Shown here: positions 49,913 to 62,768 of the stretch, piece after piece
Position numbering within the stretch: the stretch's first letter is position 1
Layout of the letters: every line of letters starts with the position of its first letter
From: Nymphaea colorata
Lineage: Eukaryota
Direction of reading: 5' to 3'
DNA length: 64,000 nt
Assembly: GCF_008831285.2 (NCBI RefSeq)
Contig: NC_045138.2
Location: 32,984,001 to 33,048,000, forward strand
Position numbers and translations under genes: made by a program
The notes under the pieces: model-generated
Seen by the model: the letters and a program-made list of their open reading frames with translations, nothing else
Databases searched by the model: none
Told to the model about the DNA's origin: nothing

Positions 49913-52900
49913 TAATACTATAACTTTGCCTCCACTAGAACAACGTTGTCCTGAAAACATACATAAAATGTTTAGAAAAAGATCATACAAGAGAATATGA
50001 ACAATTGCCATAGAACACCTCAGGCTACCGACTAGCGAGTGAGTCAGTGAGAGCAGTTTTCTTTTGGGCATTTGGAACCAAAGCATCAGCTTGAGACGGT
50101 GCAGCGTTTTTGAACTTAACCTACCTAGATACACTTTCATGCAAACTATAGTTTGTAGGGAACTCCAAAAAATCCCAAAATTTTGAGCGCTGTATACCTT
50201 TATATAGAACTGGCCATCTCGTGTTATATAAGAACTGGTGAGAGTCAACCTACTACCTTAGGGTGAATAGCTCTGCAAAAAGCCATTCCAAAACAGATAA
50301 AACTTGATCACATTATACTAAGACATATTATCGCCACGGGTTCCGGTTCTTGAGCAAAGACTCGTGGTTGAAACCTTTCTCATCTATTAAGACTTGCAGA
50401 AATGGAAGAATCCCCAATTTCCCAACCCCACGAAAGAAGAATAAACAAAAAGCATCTCAAACTCTCAATAACTGAACTAGCTCTTACAAGACAAGCATCT
50501 TAAAGAAACCTTAAAAGTTAAAAGCAAGACAAACCAAAAAAAATTGAAATGATAAGCTGAAAAAGTACTTCCTTTTCCGCACCAAATTAATTTTTTAATT
50601 TCAGCAGAAACAGTTATGAAAAAAACAGATACCAAAAATTTAACCTACAAAACCTAGCCAAGAAAGTCAGCAGCTAAATAAACATGCAGAAATGTAAAAT
50701 AAATAAACCAGAAGGACAAAGGATAAGGAGAAGAAATTACCGCTAGAAGTACACTGACTTCTGGGCGATGAGCACAGCCTCTACAGCGATGACTTCCACC
50801 ACCAAGGAAGCAGCCATCTGCGATAGCAACAGGCTCCGAAGAGCAGAAATCCCCAGCGACCTCCATCTCCGAATAAAATTCCCTCAAAATAACGAAAAGG
50901 GTGATGAGAATCCTAACTATTCGAAAAAGAAGCGCCCAACATCACTCCCACAACATAGGATTAAAAAAGAAAAACATGAGAAAACTTAAGCGATGACTTC
51001 AGAAAAAAATATCAAAGGAGGAGGAGGAAAAGAAGGGCCCACACCTTACAGACACAGATTTTTAGGGCCTGAGAGATAAGAAGTGAAGCTTAGGAAGCGG
51101 CCGCGCAGTTGCAGTAGCCTCTCACAGATTGTTCTACAATCAGATAGATGATGACCATCGATTATGAATCCACAACACCATAGACACCAAATAGCAGCAT
51201 CAAAGCCAAGCTCTCGGAGGCTAGCTGGATGCAGGAGATTGAGAAAAACGGGAGGGACAGTATTGAACTAAACCAAAATCACACCCTTGTAACCACAAGT
51301 CTGACTCAATCGGAACCAAGAAACACGTATCTCCATTTCAAGGACTAATTGTTATACAACTGAAGCATGAGGTCGATCCCGTGAAGAAACAAAGCTTCCT
51401 CGGACAATAAGGCAAGAATCTTCCAGAGAACCCTGCTTTCTGTTACACTCTAGCCAGGAGATAAGAAGCAACCCTAGCAGAGAACGCCCTTGCTTCACCA
51501 CTAAAACACTACAAGAAGAGTTCAAGAACATGGAAGGCGGGAGAGAGATTCACAAGGCGCGTTCCATCACGTTCAATGGAATAAAAAAAATTATGCATCA
51601 GGAACTCTACCAGAGAAAGCTAAATACCAAGCAAATCGCGGCCGATCATGGCTCCGAAACCCTCTATTGCCGAACCAGAACACGAGAGAAACAGAGATCT
51701 ACGCACCGCAGATTGGATCCTCAAGCCGTTCCTCCCCAAGTCCCCCAAAAGAACAAAATCCTAACCTCCACACATCCCCTGGAAGAGCCTCGTTAGCTAG
51801 ATCGCTACCCAGAATTCCGACGATGGCTTGACAGAGACCCTAACAAGATACTGAACAACTCGGGCTTTGGAGACTCAGTACCATTATGCCATTACTTCCT
51901 CGTTCTCCCTCACTTCTTCGTTGACAGTGGCTCCGGCAAAAGATTGCTATGACGATCACTTCTTTGTTGACGGTGGCTCTGGCAGAAGATTGTTATGACG
52001 ATCGCGTGTCGTCGGCGAGGTATTTTCGATGGTGATCGCTGCACTTTTCCAAAGAAGCTGCAAAAGGAATCTGTCCTTCGACGATTATAACAAATGAACA
52101 GGGAAAATCGAACACTAAAACGGAAGCGATGGAGCAAGTGCAATTTGAAAACCTAAGTTCAGAAAGCGAAAATTCCCAGCAAACACCAAAAATTAGAGAT
52201 ACCCATTAATCACAAACCTCTGCATACGGCTTCCACCAGACAATCGGGGGTACCTTCTGCCGGAAAACTAGAGGAACCCGATAATTTGCAGGGAATATGG
52301 AGCCGCTCTCCGAGTTGGGGTCGACGGGATCGCCATCGATGGATATGCGAGACGAATAGCAACCCCTATGTTGTAGTCGTTGGAGTCCATCTAAAAGGTC
52401 GCGAGAATGTACCTTTTGCCCCTAGGTACATTGTAGTTGATGTACGCGAAAATCCCACACCATGTTTTTCTTCTCTCAATCTAACAACATACAGATCGAA
52501 AGCTAGAACCAAAATTCTTGAAGATCGGATTCTGTTTCGAATCCTTCTATCCAAAGAGAGAGAGCATAAAAAGATTTCAACACCACTGGGTTTTGGTGTT
52601 CTCTCCAAAGAGTGAGAGAGACAGTTTCCATAGTCCCCTAGCTTCTGTAAGAAGGAACTGCTGATTTTTTCCCCATGCAGCAGGTTGTAAATTAATTCCG
52701 CAAGATTCCGCCGTCCGCCAGCCGAAGGATGTGCCATTCGTTCCCACGCTCTCCTTCTTCAGAACTACCGCCAAAATTCAAATGTTGAGCTTAAATCAGT
52801 GTGTATCAACTGATTCCCTCCTCTTTTTTTATTTTTAAATCAATTTATAGTATTTTAAACTATTGTTAATTTAAATAAGAAATTATCCCATGTCCATCTA

Positions 52901-53269
52901 GATTTCATTCTCCTGATTTCATCAAGAAATAACCTTGCAACTTTTTCCAACACGTTTTCTCAAAAACAAATAAGAAAGAATGTGACAACATTTATAATTT
53001 TAAGAAGCACAAGAAAATATACAAAATAATAAAACATTTCTGCCTGAACAAGTGTCAATACATCGAGAGACAATCTCTAATATCAGGTAACACAAGCTTT
53101 TTTGTTGAAACCAATCTAACTAAACATGATCCACTGTTTAAAAGGTTAGAGGAAATAATCTACACAAAATCAGGTAGTTAACAGGAATATGAATTGCATA
53201 AACAATTACCAAAGATTTTTTAGAAGAATATCATCTCATAATAAGAAAAATATCTGCTAGGCAGCATAC

Positions 53270-53354
53270 CTATAACTTTGGTCTAAAATAGTTGCCATCT
53301 GCATTGCTTCACCAGCCACAAGATGCCCAACAACAGCAGCAAGCAATGGAAAGC
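53270..53354 (-). pseudogene. Orphan exon of a GPS1/SPS3-type trans-prenyl diphosphate synthase
   Basis: TTGCAG|..LLAAVVGHLVAGEAMQMATILDQSYS|GTATG versus recalled VVSLLATAVEHLVTGETMQMTT..QRYS. Splice sites intact; apparent 1-nt deletion at the exon start. No neighbouring exons recognised. Confidence 0.75.
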
Positions 53355-54479
53355 CTGCAATGTGTGGTTACAGTAGGTAAGAACCAAGTAATCTGGTCTA
53401 GTATGAATTAGGAGAAGATATCTAAAACATCCATGAAGACAAGCAAATTTAAGAAACAATATCATAAAAACTAAAAATTCTAAATTCTAAATCCAATGGA
53501 GTTAAGCTTCAGTCTATCTGAAAGGCATGTGTATTATTAGGAAGGCATGTGCACAGGGTGAAGGACTCGCAAGAATAATACATTCAAGGGCAAATAAAAA
53601 AAATGTGAACTGAGACAAGCCCATTGCCGCATCATGACATTATCCCATTTTCATTATGAAATCTATTTGCATAACATAAACCCAAGTAACAAAACCGACC
53701 AAAGAAGGAAAAAAGAACGATATCTTTTCAGGTTCCTGACATTGAAGAAAGCCTGAGCAAGCAACATTCCTTTTTTTTTTTTTTCCAAATCATTTTATAT
53801 ACAACTCTTGCCAAACTTAGTGGCAAAGTGATTATGTTTACGCTTAGAAAAAAAATACAAAGGACTCTACACATAGACATGTGTATGCCCGAAATTTAGT
53901 GGTGAAGAAATTGTGTGTATGTAAAAAACTTTAAGCAAGGCATGAAATGATTCATACATAAAGCAAAGAACTTACCTGTCATTAGAAAGATTTATCATTA
54001 GAAGGGTGTTTTCAGGTTTTCTGGACAATAATTTGAAAAGAAAATTGACATTCTATATAGCACTCCAAAAGCAGTTAAAAATTAAAATACACTGTAAAAT
54101 GGATTAACAAACAACTGCACTGTAAAATATGAAAATATGGCCTGCAAGAGATTTTCTTGAAGAAAATTATTTTAGTTTGCTTGATGTGCAAAAGTTTTCC
54201 AGGATAATTTTTTTTTTTACCATTGCACTACAAATGGCCATGACACTGCGCCTTTTCTGTGCAGATTTGACAGCAGTTTGTGCAAGGTGCTGCTTACAAA
54301 AATGAATCCACAATATGTAGGCAAAAAACACAACATAAGCCTTTCCTTTATCCATTCGACCACATCAGATTCAGAAAATTTGGAAAAACTGAAGTCTGAA
54401 AAACCGGAACTGAAAAGAAACTACATACAAGAAACTGAAAAAGAACGAGTGCTTTCATCTGCACAAGCTGTGGACCTGC

Positions 54480-54673
54480 TAGCTCAAGAAACGTGATTGG
54501 TTCTCCGATTCACTCAAGCAAAGGTTAGCTAGAGAAGTGTCAGCAGGGGGCCCATGGTTGATCCCATCTGAATCGTCTGCAGAAGAACCATGGATCCGGA
54601 ACTAGTCATACTCAAGCGTGTCAAAGAAATCTTCATCCGTCTGATCCTCCGTAAGAAATGGAGAAGTCGCCGT
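54480..54673 (-). pseudogene. SEC16: SEC16 N-terminal fragment (start codon ACG, early stop)
   Basis: ACG-ATSPFLTEDQTDEDFFDTLEYD* (stop 54602-54604) matches the plant SEC16 start MAS.PPF..EDQTDEDFFDKL. Upstream are a UTR exon/donor at about 55150 and a telo-box at about 54846. Confidence 0.78.
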
Positions 54674-57600
54674 TGATCGAACAGAAAACAGAAAGAAATC
54701 CTCAAACTCTTAGATCGAAACACCCAACATCCTCATGAACGATAATTCGGATGTTCTTCACTGGAATCTGCCCTGACTAGCAGAATTGACAGCAACCAAG
54801 ACCTTAATCGTCCTCGATCCCATCAAGAGAGCAGTCGCACCTAAAAAACCCTAATCAAAGGACACGAGCAGATAGCACGCACAACACAAATCCATCAAAA
54901 ATGCAGATCCAGATCTCAAAATATCCCCTCTGACCAAATCATCCCAAATATTATAGAAGAAATGTACCCAAAACCGATGCATCACAATGCCCTAAACGAA
55001 TCAAAACGAGCAATGATCATAAAATTAGAAAACAAAAAACGTTCGAAAAGGGGAGGCATGAACGCTGTTACACATCCGAGAAAAAAAAAACAACAACCGA
55101 TGAGAAAATCGAATTGAAACGCACAGAAAGAAATCAACCAGATCGGTTTACCTAGATTAGAAGTGGCTTCTAAAGAGGAAAACTGAGAAGAAGCCCTGAG
55201 GGAGAGAAAGAGAAGAGACGCCATGCACCACCGACGACCAAACGGCTTTCGTGGTCGTCTAATATTTTCTTTTGTTTTTCATAGAGAGAGAGCGCGCGCG
55301 CGCGAAAAAGCGAGCGTGGGGTTAATAAATACTGTTCAGTTCTTGTTAACGCTTATTTCTCTTGCCGCGTTTAATTTTACTTATAATTTTAAGGAAACAA
55401 GTTTTGTAATAAAGACCACTTTCTTTATATTACTAAGTGTCTGTTGCATAGAGTTTCCTCCAAAGAGAGTCCATAAACAAACTTGGATTTAATCACTAAC
55501 AATTTGGTGTGCAGCGCTGATCGATTTGCAACAACTGAACTAATAAAAAGTAAAAAAGAAATAAGCAAATCAGAAACAAAGATTTGCGTTGAAAATGAAA
55601 AGAAATGCTCAACTTTTGAATCTTCTTAAAGTAGTGCCAACCTTTTTCTCATCGTGATGTTAATATAGTATCGTGAGTGTTTGTTGACCGTGTAATCGAT
55701 TAATTTCAGCATGATTTGGATGTTTTGTACATCATACAAGTTCGTAGTCTACGTGGTTAATTTATCCCTCCATTTCAAACACACGGCGTCCTCCAATTTA
55801 GCAAGTCGAGGTTACCAACAAATGTCGACACCATTTTTCTTCTACCACGTACACACTCTTGCACCTCTTTCTCTTCTTGAAAGTTGAAACAAATGTCGAC
55901 ACTTTTTTTTTTTTTCTATCACGTACCAATCTTTTCAAGATTTTCACCCGTGATATTTTGGCGGTTTTAGGACTGCTTGCACTAGGTCTGGTATGCCTTC
56001 TTCTTCTCCGGTGACGGGCGTCGCCGCGTCGGCTCCGCCTCTCTCGGCGAGTTCACGGGGCTGGAGTTTCCTATCCTAAATCAGGGACTAATTTTTTTGG
56101 TTCAAGGCTGGGTTGTATGAATCACTGTATAATTGATTCTTGATGTGGGCAGTGGAATTTTGGTGCTACTCATTGCACATTGTTGTCTGCGTGAGCAATT
56201 TATGTTTTCCAGAAGAACAGTAGAGTAAGATTGAGCTGTTTCTCTACGTGCATCACTAATCTGGAAGTATGAAATTGAGATTGAATGAGATTATGAAATT
56301 TACAGATCATCTAAAATGAGCTGGTTGCACTGTCGTGTCAAGAAAAAGTGAGACCAATTTTATAAATTGTGGACGCCATTTAAAAGATCATTGAAAACCA
56401 CTCATTCATAAAAGATCTTCCAAATCGCTAAAATTCATACTTGGGATCCAACCCTGCTGGGGGAGAAGCTCCCTCCTACCTCTTTTTAGCTGTAGCTAAA
56501 ATCGTTAAAGTAAGCAGAGGATGAATTCGAAACATTCGGAAAACAATATTCAGGAATGTCTTTTTGTAAGTTTTAAGATCATCCGTCCTTATATTTATGT
56601 CTAAAACTATCATGGTAAGCCAAGATGAATTCAGAAAAGTTGGAAGAAGAAAGACGAACTGCCTGTAACCTCTCAACGTCGAATGGCTAGCTAGGAGAAA
56701 ATGCTTTTCGATGATCATGGAGTAAGCTTAACCACTTTTCGTAAATCAATGGGTATAAATAAAGCTTTTTCCATGGTTTTCAGTTTCTCTCTCATCTTCA
56801 AATCTTCGTGTTTCTTGCTTCTTGTTTTTCCAAAAGCTTTTCCAGTTTCTAATGGAATTTTACGGTGAGACCTGGCCATTTCTGGCCGTCTCCGGCACAT
56901 CCAGGGTGTTACTTGTCATGTCCCAAACATGAGCTAAGATTGTTAAATACATGTCATATTTTGTTATTGATATATTATATTGTAGACATTGGACCTGAAA
57001 CTGCGTGAACTGTGGAACACGACTCCAAGTGATAGAGATGAGAAAATATTTTCAAAGCACAAACTAACATAAATCCCGAGCATAAAACCAATAGCTTGTA
57101 CAAAGCAATCCTCTCCACTCCAACAAGTCATACAACGACAGAGACTTACTGGAAAGTTTTATTAATGTTCTGATAAATTTCTGTTCTCGTTGCAATTGCT
57201 TGCTATGAAATAACAACCTTGATTAACATGAAAAAATCTGCATATATATTTAAACATACGATACCATGATAGATCTTGACGCCAGATCTATCCAACGTGA
57301 GAAAGTTATGTGCTTCAGGTTATTCAAACTCTAATCTGAGACCGGATTCATTTTTTGTTTTATTCAGTGAGGATAAAAAGGAAAGTGATGATCCGGAACA
57401 GGATCTGAACCCGTCTATCTCTCCCACTGCCCCAAAATTAGTAGAACCATGGCAATGGAATCGGCACCATATCCGGTGGGGTCTGTCTCTCCTTGCACAT
57501 TCGTGTCCGGCTGAGAACGGAGGGATGGCAGGCGTTTAGTTCGTTATCACGTCATTTCCTTCACTTTCTCTCTCCTTCCCCTCCATCACCACCCACCATT

Positions 57601-57797
57601 GGGAGAGAGAGAGGAAGGGGGAGGGGGAGGGGGAGAGAAGAGAGGAGGAGATTTCTCTTTCATCCCACCTTCAACCTTCTCCACCAGGCCACCCCCACCT
57701 GCATTGTCGCATTGTCTTCTGTTTCCTTTTCGTCTTTTCCATTTCTATTGGCTGGGCTAACACCACCACCATCATTTTTTTCAACAACTTGCCGACG

Positions 57798-59332
57798 ATG
57801 GCGGCGAAGCTGTTCTCTGCATGCTTCGGCCGCAAAGGTTGCAGAAAGGATTCATCGGACAATGCGGCTAAGGTCCACACGGCCAATGCTCAGGACCCTG
57901 CATCAGGGGAGGAGCAGAGGAAAGGAGGTTCGGTGTTGGTGGAGCTGTTCACCTCTCAAGGCTGTGCCACTTCGCCGGAGGCCGAGCTCCTGATCTCACG
58001 GCTCGGCCGCGGGGAATTGCCGGACGATGCACCTCCGGTGATCATCCTGGCATACCACGTTGAGTACTGGGACTATCTGGGATGGAAAGACCCCTTCGGG
58101 TCGATGTTGTGGACTGCCCGGCAGAAGGCGTACGTCGAGGCACTGCAGCAGGACACGATCTATACGCCGCAGGTGGTGGTGCAGGGCCGGGCTGAGTGCT
58201 TCGGCACCAACGAAGAGGCTCTCTTGGCAGAGATCAGCAAAGCACAGCAGTTTTCCGGCCCGACAATGCAGGTTAGTACTTCGTTATCAAGGAAAAGAAT
58301 TTTACAATGCAAATGATCTCAAGAATTAAGCGGATGTTTCCCATGAGAGAGCGCGTCCGAGTTTTGGTTCAAGCCTATCTTTGAAGCAACAGTAAAACAA
58401 TGACCTTCAAGGGAAATGTTGTCCAGTGACCAAAATTTTCAATGGGAGATTATTGTCCAGGAAAACCAGGCCGGATCAGGAAAAGTCAGGAAATATGGCT
58501 CATCATATTATGGCCCGGATTTTGTTGGAAATAGATATAGATCCCCTGTTTAAAGCAAAAACAGCTGGTTCTGAAAATCGTGTGCTAGAAAAAGGTTTCT
58601 CTAAGCGTTGCTCTCTAGGTTTTCCCTATCAATATTCTTCCCATTTTCCAAACGTGGCCTGATATGATACGTTTTTATCAGGAGAAAATGTCTTAAAGAA
58701 AGAAGCCCTCTCTATGAGGACAAAATGGGATTCGATCATCTACCATCTTGTTCTTTTTTTGAAAGAGACAAACAGGCAGGACCGATTCCATATTTCCAAT
58801 ACCTAATGTTCTGAATGAAGATTACATCTATGTGACTGGCATGGTTTGCTTGCGAACATTTTGTGATCGAACGTACACCAAGAAATTAGAATTTAGCGGA
58901 TGTTTTAAGAGATGACAAGAACTGCATGTCTTTTAGAACTAATCGAAAGGTAACTGTGAAAAATCTGAACAGGCGACCTTCGAGAGGAAAACACCTGAAA
59001 CCCTGCAAGTCTCTCTGAGTGGTGCGCTGAGGACGAAGGTGGACGGGAAGGGTATGGACATCATGGTAGCTCTGTATGAGAATGGGCTGGTGACGGAGGT
59101 TTCAAGTGGCGAGAACAAGGGGCAGGTTATGAAGAACGATTTCGTCGTTAGGGTGCTAGAGAAGATGTGCACCGTCCGCGATGTTTCGGCGAAGAAGACG
59201 GTGTCGGGAACGGTGAACTTCAACCTATGGGACGGATTTGATAGCAGCAAATGCGGCATTGTGGTTTTCCTGCAGAATCCTTCCATGCAGAACTTTGGGT
59301 GTCAGCAATTCCAGCTTCCCGATGACCTCTGA
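57798..59332 (+). CDS. DUF1223 thioredoxin-like fold protein, 277 aa, 2 exons
   Basis: Exons 57798-58271 and 58973-59332, GT-AG, in frame. VELFTSQGCATSP, LAYHVEYWDYLGWKDPF, YTPQVVVQG and GENKG..MKNDFVVR are typical of DUF1223. Confidence 0.93.
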
Positions 59333-61218
59333 CTGAGTAACAATGCCATCACCAGATCTTCTTCCATTTTCTTGGTGTCTCATTTCTTACTGAAGACTTG
59401 CTTGTTAGGCCTCCTGATTGTAGATGTGAGTGTTTGAGAGTGCGTTGCGCGTTTTACTTGTTCAGAGATTGCTAGGGAAAGGAGTCCTGTTTTTATGCTC
59501 CCCTTTAAATTCTATATTTGACTTGATTACTTTTCTTTCTGGTGCATGTCTTATAAAACAAAAACAAGAACAGAGCATTATCATCCCCTGGTCTTATCAA
59601 CTATATAAAATTATAAATTGTTGGAGAAAAGAAAAATGGCATAATCACATCTCCAGTCTGGGGGTGCAAAGTGGTCCGAATTCGCAGGCCATGTTCAGTC
59701 AAATGTAATGTCGTGGTCATCCTGTGACTCGGATATCACTTGTAGTTTTGATGCATTCCTCACCTCAGTTTGGCATATTACTGGATCTTCTTATTCTGCA
59801 TTTTTTTTTTTATTATCTTTGCCATATCCAAAATCCGGTCGGCTAGAACAGTAACTGAGAGAATTCAATACCGTAGAGACTGAAATTGTTCCCGGATCTA
59901 GAATATTATGATGGCAACAGATCAAACCCGAGGTTAGGACTATGAGACAATTAACTGTACCTCCATAATATTTTGATAAGCACAAAAATGCGAAAGGATG
60001 ATACTCATATATTGGTCACAAAGATAACATAGAATCTCCAAGGTAAAGACCGGATAAGCATCAAATCATTTTTTAAGTCAGATCCAACGTCTTTATCGTT
60101 AGCTAGTATGATCCGATCATTCCCAACGCAAGTGACGGGGACCAACTGAACAGTGTTCAGAAAAAAGAAAAGAAAGCCCACACTATTAATGCTCATAAAA
60201 AGAGACCTGCCACCTCCAAAAAAAATGAACCACTAAAATTTTAAATCTCTTTAAAAATGTGGTTTAAGAAGAGAACTGTTTTAATATACTTTGTTAACGA
60301 AGATATAATATTATATGCAGAATTACACCTTGTTTGGATACCCACAATTATGAAGAGTCAATCTCAGACTACGTCTTTGGTTGTGGATAAGGCTTCAGAC
60401 TCTGACACTGTGACGCTTGTAAGAGAGGCTGACCAACAATCACCCCTCGAATATTACTTTCTATTGTTTGAGATTGCTCGATTGATCTATGACCCTTAGT
60501 TTGTCCCTTATACCAACTCATGTTGATACCATCGGTCAAATATAAATAAATTGATGTTAAACAAGTTCAACTATATATTTGGTTTACAACTATTAATGAT
60601 GGTACATTGCCAACTTTACTTTTTTTTTTCATATATTCTAATTATTCTCTAAATACAAAAATTCAAATCGATAGGGGTTGGAAAAGGCAAATCGCGTGAT
60701 TACTGTGCATTATTTCCATGGATCTGCAGATATTAGGTACTGGCAACACTGACTTACAGGACTGCAGGTCGAATGCTTTGAAGATGGGGGACATGTAAAA
60801 CACATAAGATCGGAATCTCACAAGCAAATAAAAAACAATTCAAGAAATTGGATTTGATCAGAAGTATTCACAACGATCCCAATTTACAGCCTCAACGCTC
60901 GCAATATACAAAGGAAAAGATACACAAAATTTACACCGATTCGAAGATTCTTTTCGACCCCAGTGATCAGAGTTCACGCTGAATGGAGATGATTCGACCC
61001 CATCCAATCGCTTCCCCACATCCTCCCAAGGGTAAAATCAAAATGTTCCCTTCTCGAAGCTCCCAAATTGCTCACAGCTCGCCGGAATATTCCTTCACCC
61101 GGTTGGTGGATTCCGACTAGCAAGAAAGCTCGTTGTCATGCTCTCATGTTTTCGTGGGAGAGCTTCAGGTTGACAAAAAATGGTCTTTGGGTTGGAACAG
61201 AAACCAGACAGGGTCCGG

Positions 61219-61491
61219 TTAGTTGGGACCCCAACAGCTCATGTAAATCGCCTTCCGAAGCGACTCGTCCGCCAGCATCCTCCTCACCTCGGCGTTTCGG
61301 CTCCCTCTGACCTCGCCGGCGGCGTGCCCAGATCCGGCCGGGGGGAGTCCGTCATCGACCGAGGCCGATTTGGCTGGCCCGAGGTCCATGGATCGGAAGG
61401 TGAAGTTGCATCTCAGCCCCGGGTCAGTCTGCCCCTGCTGCATCAATGCCAATCCCGCAGCCATGCACATTCTACCCATGTTGCCCACCAT
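61219..61491 (-). CDS. Wound-induced small protein, DUF3774 family (90 aa; start could be the second Met)
   Basis: Diagnostic C-terminus ADESLRKAIYMSCWGPN* and N-terminal MCMAAGLALMQQGQTDPG. TATA-like CCTATAAG at about 61600. Confidence 0.88.
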   Translation of the reverse strand: MVGNMGRMCMAAGLALMQQGQTDPGLRCNFTFRSMDLGPAKSASVDDGLPPAGSGHAAGEVRGSRNAEVRRMLADESLRKAIYMSCWGPN

Positions 61492-62528
61492 TTCTTGGCC
61501 GGAATGTTAGCCGGAAGCCGGTGAATGGTGTCGGGTTACGGCGGCCCAAAACTGGAAGACGGCCTGGAGAGGCGAAAAGTGAGGGGTGAGGGCAAATCTT
61601 ATAGGGAAGCTCAGCGGTTTGTTTCGAGAAACCGCTTTTGGAAACCGGTGGTTTTGCAGTAACTGGTGGGCGGGTCTTGGGAGGATGAGGTTGTCCGGAG
61701 GAATCTGAGTGGTAAAGTTTTTCCCCTCTGCTAATAGAATTCCAACACCTGTCCAGCGTGGGACCCGGCCGCTGGACTCGAGCCGTTTTATGCACATGAG
61801 GCTTATTATTTGGGGTTGGAGTCCGGGGGAAGTGGGGCCCACTCGGTCGGAAATAGGGAGACGAGACCAGCGGTTCGGGTGTCACCATACATGGACTCAG
61901 ATCCGATCCAGGTTTGTTCAGCGAAGGAGGTTTGAGTTTCTGATTGGATCCACGAAGTCCAAAAGTGTCGGGACTTTTTGGTACTTTTCAGCTTTTTAGA
62001 TAAAATTGTCATTTAAGATTTTCTTTTTTTCCACTTTACCAATTTCGCCCATATTGGGGAGTTCTTGTTTTCCCTCATGTTAACTTCAATCCAACACACC
62101 GTCAAACCGAATCAGACTTGAGCAAATTGTGCATGGAGAATAGATGCACCGTTTACAAGCGTATTATTTACCACAGACAGCTAGCTATCGAATCCTTAAG
62201 GATTGACTTAAAAGTATATGCAAACAATGAACGAGTATTTCTCTAGTTAACTTTGCTTTTTGGGCCTTACAATCATGGGAAAATACAGTCATAATCTGTC
62301 TCACCCTGCGCGAGTGACAGAATTGGAGCAACCACCTGCATCATCCTTCACTCTCCATGGACAGCAATGGTGGTACACTTCAAGGGCTCATAACGTCCAC
62401 ATGACCGGGAACAGATGGGATTCATGGCTCATGCTCCGTTTGGCTTTGTCCAATTCACGGTCTCTTCTCCGCAAATTAGTTACGAGCGGGGTTGAGACTG
62501 GTGCTTCAACTTCATCCATGTCTGCCCT

Positions 62529-62768
62529 TCAATTGGGTCCCCAGCAGCTAAGGTATACAACTGTTCGCATCGACTCCTCGCCGCCAATTCTGCCCTTTGC
62601 CGGAGGATGGCCGGAGACGGGAGACGCCTGTCGCGAACCTCGCAGCGGCCTCGTCGCCCTCCATTGTGTGGCTTTGAGTGTAGAAGTTGGTTTCACAGTC
62701 TGGTACTTCAACCCTAATGCTGCTCCGACGCCAGCAGCTGCTATCCAAGCTTTCTTGGCATACTTCAT
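62529..62768 (-). CDS. Wound-induced small protein, DUF3774 family (79 aa)
   Basis: N-terminus KAWIAAAGVGAALGLKYQ and C-terminus EESMRTVVYLSCWGPN*. Confidence 0.9.
   Translation of the reverse strand: MKYAKKAWIAAAGVGAALGLKYQTVKPTSTLKATQWRATRPLRGSRQASPVSGHPPAKGRIGGEESMRTVVYLSCWGPN

Noticed and set aside
50300..52800. TE-like region with scattered short ORFs
   Set aside because: No termini, PBS/PPT or protein motif could be established.
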